Shown in pieces: positions 45,045 through 53,239 of a DNA stretch of 64,000 bases. The translations under genes were made by a program, and so were the position numbers. Within the stretch, counting starts at the first letter, position 1; each line of letters begins with the position of its first letter. The stretch lies in NCBI GenBank assembly GCA_902595845.1, contig CACJRN010000008.1, positions 2,153 through 66,152 of the forward strand, written 5' to 3'. Below the pieces are notes generated by a model that saw nothing but the letters and a program-made list of their open reading frames with translations, was not told where the DNA came from and ran no database searches. The DNA is from an uncultured Gammaproteobacteria bacterium (GTDB lineage: Bacteria; Pseudomonadota; Gammaproteobacteria; Steroidobacterales; UBA11654).

Positions 45045-46133
45045 AAATTCTTTAATACTGGATCCAAAATTGTCATGATCGACCAAGAAAGAATCATGTC
45101 CATGCAGTGAGGGTAATTTCTTTATGGAAGCATCTTTAGAGGCGCTTTTGAATCCATTAAACAATTCTTCATGGCAATCGAAAGGAAAAAGATAATCCTC
45201 ATCCACGCCAATGATCAAAACGCGATCCATATTAAATTTCTCAACAGCCTCTTCAATGCTCTGGTTTTCCTCCAACAAATCAAACGTGTCGATGCATCTT
45301 GATAAATAAAGATATGAGTTGGGGTCAAAGTCAGTCACAAAATCATCTGATCTGCTCTTCAGGTAATCCTGTATTTCAAATCGATTACTAGAAAAATCTT
45401 CTGGCCTGGGAGTCGATTGTGATTTCTTTCTGCCGAATCGATTATTCCACTCCGTTGGCGATCGATAAGTAACCATCCCTAAATATCTGGCTTGTTTCAT
45501 TCCATTTAGCGGAAGATCTTCATCCCGATACTTCCCCTCATTCCAGTTCTGATCCGATGTGATCAACTTTCGCTGCAGTGATCTGACTGCAATAGAAAAA
45601 GGCCTGCATGCTGCAGCAGTCGAAATTAGAACGAGATTCTTTGTGATCGAAGGAAATTGTTTGACCAGGCTCAGAGCAGTCATTCCTCCCATCGAAGGCC
45701 CTATGATTGAGTAAAGAGTTTTGATGCCCAACTCATCAATCACGGGCTTCATGGACAGAGCAATGTCCTCAATTGTGACTTCAGGAAAGGAAAGTCCATA
45801 TCTTTCCTCTGTATCTGGCTTATGACTTGCTGGACCTGAGGAGCCGTAACAGCTGCCCAGAGAGTTAATACAGATCACGAAGTATTTTTGAGTATCAATA
45901 TATTTTCCCTCTCCCACTATTTCTTCCCACCATCCATCGGAAGGATCATCTAACGATGAGCATATATGAGCAGATGGAGACAAGCCTGTTGCAACGAGTA
46001 TGGCATTATCCTTTTTCTCATTGAGTACACCAGATGTCTCATAGGCAATGGTTATTGGATCATCAAATATATCCCCGTTTTTGAATGTAAATGGAGGATC
46101 AATTGTCACAAATTTCTTTGATGGATGATTCAT
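45030..46133 (-). CDS. metX: MetX-family homoserine (or serine) O-acyltransferase
   Basis: 367 aa, alpha/beta fold. Nucleophile elbow IIGPSMGGMTAL and C-terminal LHGHDSFLVD. The acyl donor and acceptor cannot be read from the sequence. Confidence 0.75.
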   Translation of the reverse strand: MNHPSKKFVTIDPPFTFKNGDIFDDPITIAYETSGVLNEKKDNAILVATGLSPSAHICSSLDDPSDGWWEEIVGEGKYIDTQKYFVICINSLGSCYGSSGPASHKPDTEERYGLSFPEVTIEDIALSMKPVIDELGIKTLYSIIGPSMGGMTALSLVKQFPSITKNLVLISTAAACRPFSIAVRSLQRKLITSDQNWNEGKYRDEDLPLNGMKQARYLGMVTYRSPTEWNNRFGRKKSQSTPRPEDFSSNRFEIQDYLKSRSDDFVTDFDPNSYLYLSRCIDTFDLLEENQSIEEAVEKFNMDRVLIIGVDEDYLFPFDCHEELFNGFKSASKDASIKKLPSLHGHDSFLVDHDNFGSSIKEFLDSG

Positions 46134-46269
46134 ATCAGTGAATTATCCATTAAGACAATTGATCAAGCCCAAATAAATAATTATATAGTTAGGCCTAAAA
46201 ATTCTAAGTAAGACAAAGCAAAGATATTAATATTGTTATAAATATAAAGAAAAAAGAGACTGCACAGGG

Positions 46270-47223
46270 ATGATTTACAACGACATAATTGAAACAATTG
46301 GCAATACTCCTATTGTCAAAATAAATAATATGGGGCCGAAGAATCAGGATATTTTTGTCAAATGTGAAGCCTTTAATCCATTGGCATCGGTAAAAGATCG
46401 ATTGGCATTGGCGATCATTAATGATGCGGAGAAATCTGGAAAACTTAAGCCTGGTCAAACAGTCATTGAAGCAACTTCAGGAAACACAGGCATAGCATTG
46501 GCCATGGTCTGTGCCGCTAGAGGATATCCATTTGTGGCAGTGATGGTGGAAACATTTTCAATTGAGCGAAGAAAAGTAATGAAGGCTCTTGGTGCAAAAG
46601 TGATCCTCACTCCTGCTGCAGAACGGGGAACGGGAATGGTGAAGAAAGCTACGGAATTAGCAGAAAAACATGGTTGGTTTCTGGCGGATCAATTTAGAAA
46701 TCCTGCCAATCCTGAATATCATAAAAATACGACCGCAGTTGAAATTTTGAGTGATTTCAGAAATCGTGATTTGGATTATTTTGTCAGCGGTTGGGGAACG
46801 GGCGGCACCATAACGGGAGTCGGTACGGTTTTGAAGACCGCCAGACCAGAGATAAAGATAATTGCCGTTGAGCCTGAGATGGCGCCTTTGCTATCGAAGA
46901 ATGAATGGCAACCGCATAAGATTCAAGGGTGGACTCCTGACTTTGTCCCAGAGGTATTGGATCAGAATGTCATAGATCAGTATCTACCCGTCAATGACGA
47001 TGCATCGATAGAAACGTCTATGGAACTAGCCAGAAAAGAAGGAATATTTACTGGAATATCAGGTGGAGCAACCATGCTTGCTGCATTAATGATTGCAAAA
47101 GAAGCAACAAAAAATAGTACTTTTTGCGTGATGTTGCCTGACACTGGAGAGCGATATCTTTCTTCACCGCTCTTTGAGGATATTTCAGAAGATAGTGATG
47201 ACGAGTGGTTGGTTGAACAATAG
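46270..47223 (+). CDS. cysK: cysteine synthase A-like O-acyl-serine sulfhydrylase
   Basis: 317 aa. PLP Lys in NPLASVKDR. Also ATSGNTGIALA and SGWGTGGTITG. Confidence 0.85.
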   Translation: MIYNDIIETIGNTPIVKINNMGPKNQDIFVKCEAFNPLASVKDRLALAIINDAEKSGKLKPGQTVIEATSGNTGIALAMVCAARGYPFVAVMVETFSIERRKVMKALGAKVILTPAAERGTGMVKKATELAEKHGWFLADQFRNPANPEYHKNTTAVEILSDFRNRDLDYFVSGWGTGGTITGVGTVLKTARPEIKIIAVEPEMAPLLSKNEWQPHKIQGWTPDFVPEVLDQNVIDQYLPVNDDASIETSMELARKEGIFTGISGGATMLAALMIAKEATKNSTFCVMLPDTGERYLSSPLFEDISEDSDDEWLVEQ

Positions 47224-47225
47224 TC

Positions 47226-47897
47226 CTATACTTCTTTCTTGAAAATAAGAATAAATCGGCTTGTTTGATCACGGATATCTTTCTCAAATACCATCTGATC
47301 CAATGGATCATCAGGATTCTCAAGTAGATCTGAATCATCATCGAAATAAAACCCTGCTCTCGAGACCTCCTCAATGACAAATGCTTTTTCAATTCGATGG
47401 ATTGAATGACAATCATCAATTCCATGGCCATCTTTTGCATGGTGATCCAAAATACAATAAGACCCGCCAGTTTTTAGAGAGTCAAAAATACTCTGATTCA
47501 TTTTTAATCGATCGGCTTTTGTCCACACTGTATCGTGATAGGTCATGCTATTGAAAATGATGTCCATCTCAGATGGAAAGTTTGGTGATTCCATCTCGCC
47601 CACTATTGGGATCAAGTTCTTTTGAGGATATGATTCTAATCGCTTCTCTATTGGATTGCCCTTCCATCTCTCAACGCTCTGTGGTGCGGTATGAGAATAT
47701 ACCTCGCCACTCTCTTCCAATGCATAAGCTGCTATTGCGCTTAGATACCCTCTTCCAGAATTCATTTCGCCAATCTTATGGCCTTCTTCTATACCAAAGA
47801 AGTTCAGGACCTCTGCGGGCAGTCTATTTTCATCTCTCTCTATATCTGTATCAGGCCTGCTTTTTTTCAATGCCAGCTTGATCTTTTTGATGTCCAC
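47226..47897 (-). CDS. putative class-I SAM-dependent methyltransferase
   Basis: 223 aa. Weak SAM-binding-like motif IGEMNSGRGY and an acidic-loop pattern. Assignment is tentative. Confidence 0.45.
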   Translation of the reverse strand: MDIKKIKLALKKSRPDTDIERDENRLPAEVLNFFGIEEGHKIGEMNSGRGYLSAIAAYALEESGEVYSHTAPQSVERWKGNPIEKRLESYPQKNLIPIVGEMESPNFPSEMDIIFNSMTYHDTVWTKADRLKMNQSIFDSLKTGGSYCILDHHAKDGHGIDDCHSIHRIEKAFVIEEVSRAGFYFDDDSDLLENPDDPLDQMVFEKDIRDQTSRFILIFKKEV

Positions 47898-47898
47898 T

Positions 47899-49485
47899 TT
47901 AATTTCCCTCTCTAAGTATTATTTTGCCAGGTAGATGGCCTGTCAACTCACCATTTTCGAGTACTTGCTTGCCATTCACCCAAACAGAATGAATTCCATC
48001 AGACAGAAGATTTGGCTGCTTATATGTTGCATTGTCTTGGATCTGATCAGGTTCAAAAAGAATCAAATCTGCATAGAAGCCTACCTTGATCTCTCCACGA
48101 TTTTGAATGCCTAAGTTTTTTGCTGTGAGTCCAGTCATTTTGTGGATCACTCTCTCAATTGAGCCCAATCCCTCATCGCCGATATAATCATCGATAACCT
48201 TCGTAAATGAACCGCATCCTCTGGGATGCAAACAATCCAATCCACCATCTGTGGTTACATTGGAGTATTCCCAATTAAGCAATGCCAGCACATCTTTCTC
48301 ATCCATACTTTTGCCAATGATTGATTCAATGGCTGATGCTCCCTGACTCATCTCAAAGCTTTCCTTAGCTACGATTGATAGCATCTGAGCAGGAGTTTTA
48401 TTGTTTTCAGAAGCAATTTGCCTCAATGTTTTATTGACATATTCTGGATGTAACTTGTGAGCCACAAATAAAATGTCATCCGGAGAACTTATATTCTCTA
48501 AAATAAATTCTGCTTCCCTAGGATCATCAAAATTCTTATCTGGGTATAAAACTGTGATTGTTGATTGCCATGCAGTATAAGGATAAATATCAGCTGTGAC
48601 ATCAACCCCTCTCTCTCGTGCATCATTTAGAATAGATATAAGATCTTTGTCCATGCCCCATAATGAAATAGCGGCCAACTTGAGATGATCAATATTTACA
48701 GAAATATTTGCCTTCTCCCCTATCTCTATAATCTCATTGACTGAATCCCAAAAATATCGATCTTCACTTCTCATATGGCTCTTGTATTTGCCTCCATATT
48801 TTGCAGCTACTTTTGCAAGAGTAATTACCTCATCCGTCGACGAGTAAATCCCTGGATCATACTCCAGACCAGTTGATAGCCCCAGGGCGCCAGATTGCAT
48901 ATCTGCCTCCACTAATTTTGACATTTTTTCTATATCTAGAGACGTCGCCTCTCTTCTAAAGTCATCCCTCAAAACCACTGATCGGATGCTATTGTGTGAT
49001 GAAAAGCTGGCAATATTGACAGCAGTAGAAATCTCCTTCATAAGATCATTAAATTCAATCACACTCAAATGATCTCCATAAACGATTGTATCTTTGCCAT
49101 CTGGTCTACCCGAGAATCCATCCATGCCCCTGATGATGGTTGTTATACCCTGAGTGATTGCAGATTTAGCATATGGCTGGGCTTTTAATCCTTGGTCAAA
49201 ATGACTGTGTGAATCTAGAAAACCAGGTGCAAGAACCATTCCCATGCCATCAACTAGATTATGGTGATTAAGATCATTTGAAGATCCTTGAAGTATTGAA
49301 GTAATCACATCACCTTTGATCAGAATACTGCCTGAATATGGTTCTGAACCTGTTCCATCGACAATCAAAACATTGGCAATCAGAGTTTCATCTTCTTGGG
49401 CTAAGATGGTTATTGAGAAAGAGAAAATGACCAGCGACATGCAAAAGCAGTGGATTATTTCTTTGTAGTTTTTCTTCATATTCAA
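47899..49485 (-). CDS. exported amidohydrolase, N-acyl-D-amino-acid deacylase (D-aminoacylase) family
   Basis: 528 aa with a signal/anchor sequence and metal motif PGFLDSHSHFD. D-aminoacylase-like length and C-terminal beta domain. Confidence 0.7.
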   Translation of the reverse strand: MNMKKNYKEIIHCFCMSLVIFSFSITILAQEDETLIANVLIVDGTGSEPYSGSILIKGDVITSILQGSSNDLNHHNLVDGMGMVLAPGFLDSHSHFDQGLKAQPYAKSAITQGITTIIRGMDGFSGRPDGKDTIVYGDHLSVIEFNDLMKEISTAVNIASFSSHNSIRSVVLRDDFRREATSLDIEKMSKLVEADMQSGALGLSTGLEYDPGIYSSTDEVITLAKVAAKYGGKYKSHMRSEDRYFWDSVNEIIEIGEKANISVNIDHLKLAAISLWGMDKDLISILNDARERGVDVTADIYPYTAWQSTITVLYPDKNFDDPREAEFILENISSPDDILFVAHKLHPEYVNKTLRQIASENNKTPAQMLSIVAKESFEMSQGASAIESIIGKSMDEKDVLALLNWEYSNVTTDGGLDCLHPRGCGSFTKVIDDYIGDEGLGSIERVIHKMTGLTAKNLGIQNRGEIKVGFYADLILFEPDQIQDNATYKQPNLLSDGIHSVWVNGKQVLENGELTGHLPGKIILREGN

Positions 49486-49553
49486 GATTCAAAAATTTTA
49501 AAGTCAAAAAAACATTATAATGTCTAAAGTTTTTTTTAGTCCAAGGAAAACAA

Positions 49554-50804
49554 ATGGCGCATTTAGTGAAATCATTTAAAGCACTTCGACCTCAGCCTTC
49601 AATGGCTAATGATGTCATTGCGCCACCCTATGATGTGATCAATTCCAACGAAGCATCAGAGTTAGCGAAAGATCGCCCAAATAGTTTCCTGCATATCTCA
49701 AAACCAGAAATAGATTTGGAAGATGGTATTGCTTATAACGATCCGGAAGTTTATGAAAAGGGTAAGCAAAATTTGGATCAAATGATTGAGAACGGAATAT
49801 TAATTGAGGATTCCGAAGATATGCTCTACCTATATGAGATGATCGATAATGACATCCATCAACTTGGAATTGCAGCAGTGGGTTCTGTTGATGCATATGA
49901 AAAGGAACTAATTAAGCGTCACGAATTTACGAAACCAGACAAAGAGCTCGATAGAGTCAATAATATTTCTTCTTTGAATGCTCAAACTGGTCCTGTTTTA
50001 CTGACATATTTGGACAATGAAGAGTTATCAAGCTTGCTTCACTCTGTGGCAAATAGGGAGACACCAATTTATGATGTTAAAGCAATAGACGGAGTCACTC
50101 ATCGAATCTATCGGGTGATTGAACCTCATGAGCAAGAAAAGATTCTTGGCATCATGAATTCAATGGATTCATTATTCATAGCCGATGGTCATCATCGCTC
50201 TGCAGCAGCTGGAGTTGTTAAGAAAAAAAGACAGTTGGAAAATCATCAGCATACGGGTCAAGAAAGCTATAACTATTTTTTAACGGTTTCATTTCCAGAG
50301 AGCCAAATGAATATTCTCGATTACAATCGGCTGATTAAAAACACTCATGGACTCTCTATCGATGAGATTTTAGAAAAGCTGGAAGAGAACTTTGAAATTA
50401 CTGAAGTTGATACTGCTTATAAGCCCACTGAAAGAAATCATTTCGGAATGTATAACAATCAACAATGGTATTGTTTGAAACTAAAGGGCTCAGAAACCAT
50501 CGATGATCCAGTCAAATCCTTGGATGTGAGCATACTTCATGACCTTATCCTTGCACCTGTATTTGGAATTGGGGATGAAAGAACTGATCCAAATATTGAT
50601 TTTGTTGGTGGAGCAAGAGGCATGGAGGGTCTTGAGCTAAGAGTGGACAGCAATGAGATGGATTTTGCCTTTTCCTTATATCCAACTCCAATTGAAGCAT
50701 TAATTAATGTAGCCAATGCTGGAATGATCATGCCACCAAAATCGACATGGTTTGAGCCGAAACTCTTGGATGGCCTATTGTCTCATCGTATAGATAAAGC
50801 TTAA
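49554..50804 (+). CDS. DUF1015-family protein
   Basis: 416 aa. N-terminal signature FKALRPQPSMANDVIAPPYDVINSNEA, and later IADGHHR. Confidence 0.7.
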   Translation: MAHLVKSFKALRPQPSMANDVIAPPYDVINSNEASELAKDRPNSFLHISKPEIDLEDGIAYNDPEVYEKGKQNLDQMIENGILIEDSEDMLYLYEMIDNDIHQLGIAAVGSVDAYEKELIKRHEFTKPDKELDRVNNISSLNAQTGPVLLTYLDNEELSSLLHSVANRETPIYDVKAIDGVTHRIYRVIEPHEQEKILGIMNSMDSLFIADGHHRSAAAGVVKKKRQLENHQHTGQESYNYFLTVSFPESQMNILDYNRLIKNTHGLSIDEILEKLEENFEITEVDTAYKPTERNHFGMYNNQQWYCLKLKGSETIDDPVKSLDVSILHDLILAPVFGIGDERTDPNIDFVGGARGMEGLELRVDSNEMDFAFSLYPTPIEALINVANAGMIMPPKSTWFEPKLLDGLLSHRIDKA

Positions 50805-50870
50805 GTTTGGCTTCCCGTTTAAGTGAATTTTTGACACAATCTAGTGATAACTAATTAAAGGATTAACAAA

Positions 50871-51071
50871 ATGGATGCAGAAGCAATAAAAGAAAAAGCA
50901 AATGCTGCAGCAGAAGGGATTACCTTCACAGACTGTGCATGTGAAACACTATCTCAAGTACCTGACTTTGCAATGGATATGGCAATCAGCCACATGGTCA
51001 ATGCTGCTACAGATCAGAATGTTGATACAATTTGCTGCGAATTTTTAGAAGCCAATAACCCTATGGGTTAA
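50871..51071 (+). CDS. small Cys-containing protein, unknown function
   Basis: 66 aa. SD-like AAAGGA upstream. Motifs C-x-C and C-C. No family recognised. Confidence 0.35.
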   Translation: MDAEAIKEKANAAAEGITFTDCACETLSQVPDFAMDMAISHMVNAATDQNVDTICCEFLEANNPMG

Positions 51072-51076
51072 ATCTT

Positions 51077-51153
51077 TGGTGGAGATGGGTGGACTTGAAC
51101 CACCGACCTTCGCGTTATGAGTGCGACGCTCTAACCAGCTGAGCTACATCTCC
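51077..51153 (-). tRNA. tRNA-Met (anticodon CAT), elongator-type; the Ile2 lysidine type is not excluded
   Basis: The reverse complement folds as a cloverleaf: GGAGATG-TA-GCTC AGCTGGTTA GAGC-G-TCGCA CTCATAA CGCGA-AGGTC-GGTGG TTCAAGT CCACC-CATCTCC-A-CCA. G1-C72 is paired and there is no GGG/CCC anticodon stem, so it is not an initiator. Confidence 0.9.
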
Positions 51154-51221
51154 ATAAATCACTGAAAGATGGATTTTCAACATCTAAATCCATTCTGTCA
51201 AGTGTGACGGAATAATAACTT

Positions 51222-52421
51222 ATGAATAAAACGACAATTATTAAATCTATAGCGCCTATAGTCTGCTCTATTTCATTTATTTTGCCCCTGACTGCAGAAG
51301 AATTTCCTGGTGAATCATGGTCTGTGAAAAATCCTGAAGAACTTGGAGTTGATGCCTCAAAAGTAGAAAAACTTTTTGATCTGTCATTCCAAGATGATGC
51401 CACCCAATCTGTGGTGCTGATCAAAGATGGGTACATTATTGCTGAAAGATATGCCGATGGTTATGACAAAGATTCCATTGGTACATCCTGGTCTATGGCG
51501 AAGAGCTTTTATGCCAGTCTCATTGGAATTTCCATAGAGAGAGGAGAAATCGGTAGTTTAGATGACAAAGTTAGTGACTACTTGGACTATTTCAATGAAG
51601 ATCGAAAAGACATCACCATAAGAGAAGTGCTTGATATGACCAGTGGTCTAGAGAATCCAGATCACGAGCATGAAATCATGTTCTTTAAAGATGATCACTT
51701 GAGCTACGCCAAAGATATAAAACGAGACAAAGAAACCAACACTGTTTTTGAATACAACAACATAAATTCACTTTTGCTTGGAGACATCCTTCTTGTCGCC
51801 ACAGGCAAGAAAGCAGATGATCTTTTGAAAGAACGTGTTCTCGATCCGATAGGCACAAAAAATTATGTCCTTTGGAGAGATGCAGCGGATAACGTATTAA
51901 GCTATTGCTGTATCGATATGTCAGCAAGGGATTACTCACGCTTTGGTCTTCTATTCTCCAGAAATGGTGCTTGGAATGATCAGCAGATAGTGCCATATGA
52001 TTTTGTTCAAGAAACCTATGATCCGAGATGGTTAAGTACATCCGATCGAGCTGGTATGGATAGAAGGGGTTACGGTTTGCACTGGTGGTTCTCTAAGAAT
52101 GATGATGAAGGAAAGATCATGAATGCCAGTGGTAAATTTGGTCAATATATTTTTATCGACCAAGCCAATGATGTCATCTTTACTCGAATAACCAAATACA
52201 AATCAACAGGCGGATCCAAGCAAGATTGGGGGCCGATAAGAGATTATGAGATCAGTAATATGGGTCGTTTCCTCAGATTCTTTAAATTCTTAGAAAAGAT
52301 TGGTTGGTATAACGTAGAAAGAGATATTGTATCGCCTGTCACACTGGAAGATGGGGAATCAAAAGAATTTTATGAAAATTACAATGAAATCATAAATGCA
52401 ATGGCTGACCTGAGCCGCTGA
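51222..52421 (+). CDS. exported serine hydrolase, beta-lactamase/transpeptidase-like (class C fold)
   Basis: 399 aa with a signal peptide, S-x-x-K (SMAK) and Y-x-N (YNN) motifs. Confidence 0.8.
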   Translation: MNKTTIIKSIAPIVCSISFILPLTAEEFPGESWSVKNPEELGVDASKVEKLFDLSFQDDATQSVVLIKDGYIIAERYADGYDKDSIGTSWSMAKSFYASLIGISIERGEIGSLDDKVSDYLDYFNEDRKDITIREVLDMTSGLENPDHEHEIMFFKDDHLSYAKDIKRDKETNTVFEYNNINSLLLGDILLVATGKKADDLLKERVLDPIGTKNYVLWRDAADNVLSYCCIDMSARDYSRFGLLFSRNGAWNDQQIVPYDFVQETYDPRWLSTSDRAGMDRRGYGLHWWFSKNDDEGKIMNASGKFGQYIFIDQANDVIFTRITKYKSTGGSKQDWGPIRDYEISNMGRFLRFFKFLEKIGWYNVERDIVSPVTLEDGESKEFYENYNEIINAMADLSR

Positions 52422-52425
52422 TAAG

Positions 52426-52689
52426 TTGGTTGTCAAAGAAAAAAATCCTGAAAGCCAGAAATTTATTTACAGTAGTGAGCTCGTCAAACCCTTATGGGTC
52501 ATAGCATTTTCAATCTCTATCCCTGTAATTGTAATTTCAATCATTGCCGCAACAGCATTAATCATTGAGATCTCTCAAGGTGAAAGAGGGAATCCTGTGA
52601 GATCAGAACATCTTCAACAACATAAAGATGATCATGAGAAGTATGATCGAATGATTGAGCTTCTAGAGGAAATGAACGAAGAAGAATAG
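52426..52689 (+). CDS. small single-pass membrane protein, unknown function
   Basis: 87 aa, TTG start without a clear SD. One helix (LWVIAFSISIPVIVISIIAATALII) and an acidic tail. Confidence 0.3.
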   Translation: MVVKEKNPESQKFIYSSELVKPLWVIAFSISIPVIVISIIAATALIIEISQGERGNPVRSEHLQQHKDDHEKYDRMIELLEEMNEEE

Positions 52690-52714
52690 AGTCCTTCTAT
52701 AGACTCAACTGCTG

Positions 52715-53134
52715 TTAGTCATGGCACGATGAACAATCAAGACTCTTGCAAGCTTGATGATTTTTAAAATGTGCGTAACAAACTAAAATAGATCCTGTCA
52801 GTGTTGTAATCTTCTCACCTGATTCGCCAAGAAAGCTTTCACCTAAAATAACAGCTGAAACTAAAATCAATAACCCTCCAATTCCTATGAAAAGAAAAGA
52901 AAGAATCTTATGATTCTTATAGCCCAGTCCCAATGCATAAAGACTCACTGGAATCGCTATCAACAGAATGATCTTATGAATCAGTTCATTATCGATTGAT
53001 GTAAAAAGCACCCCAGAGGTTACAATGAAAAAAGATGGCATGAAAAAGCAATGGATAGCGCATGCCAACGATATAGTCGCTGCAAACTTATCTGTCTTGA
53101 GTTGAGTTTTATAGTCCATTTCTTTTTTTACCAT
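52715..53134 (-). CDS. MerC-domain-like four-helix membrane protein with Cys/His termini (putative metal transporter)
   Basis: 139 aa. N-terminal helix motif LACAIHCFFMP. C-terminal tail HFKNHQACKSLDCSSCHD. Co-directional with and 105 nt downstream of the His-rich receptor. Confidence 0.5.
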   Translation of the reverse strand: MVKKEMDYKTQLKTDKFAATISLACAIHCFFMPSFFIVTSGVLFTSIDNELIHKIILLIAIPVSLYALGLGYKNHKILSFLFIGIGGLLILVSAVILGESFLGESGEKITTLTGSILVCYAHFKNHQACKSLDCSSCHD

Positions 53135-53142
53135 ACTATATT

Positions 53143-53168
53143 CTGAGGGTTTATAAACAGACCCTCAG
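53143..53168 (-). terminator. hairpin between the His-rich receptor and the MerC-like gene (weak terminator or processing site)
   Basis: 8-bp perfect stem CTGAGGGT/ACCCTCAG with a 10-nt loop. No clear U-run on the transcribed strand. Confidence 0.3.
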
Positions 53169-53239
53169 AAAAGTGATTCCCCCAACAAATTTTAGGAGGG
53201 GTGAAACGTTTAAAAATGCAAGGGGAATCTAGGGGATTA

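Noticed and set aside
46134-46269. Possible SAM or cobalamin riboswitch in the metX/cysK divergent region, or upstream of the MetE-like gene (58567-58628).
   Set aside because: The regions are short (136 and 62 nt) and very AT-rich, and they show no recognisable conserved riboswitch cores or pseudoknot-forming complementarity by eye.
51077-51153. tRNA-Met (and tRNA-Gln at 62054-62128) as genomic-island integration sites.
   Set aside because: No integrase, no direct repeat of the tRNA 3' end, and no phage or plasmid genes were noticed. The flanking genes look like ordinary chromosomal content.
51131-51436. 101-aa minus-strand ORF.
   Set aside because: It overlaps both the tRNA-Met gene and the 5' end of the serine-hydrolase gene, so it is a spurious frame.
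51222-52421. Beta-lactamase-family protein as an antibiotic-resistance gene.
   Set aside because: SxxK/YxN serine hydrolases of this size are mostly esterases, amidases or peptidases. There is no mobile context and no class-specific omega-loop features that I could recognise.
52688-52706. Short hairpin (GAGTC-n8-GACTC) between the convergent genes at 52689/52715 as a bidirectional terminator.
   Set aside because: It has only a 5-bp stem and no flanking T/A runs, so it is too weak to report as a feature.
52715-53134. Interpreting the MerC-like gene as a mercury-resistance determinant.
   Set aside because: No merR, merA, merP, merT or merB genes are present, and there is no mobile-element context. 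The neighbours point to nutrient-metal handling instead.
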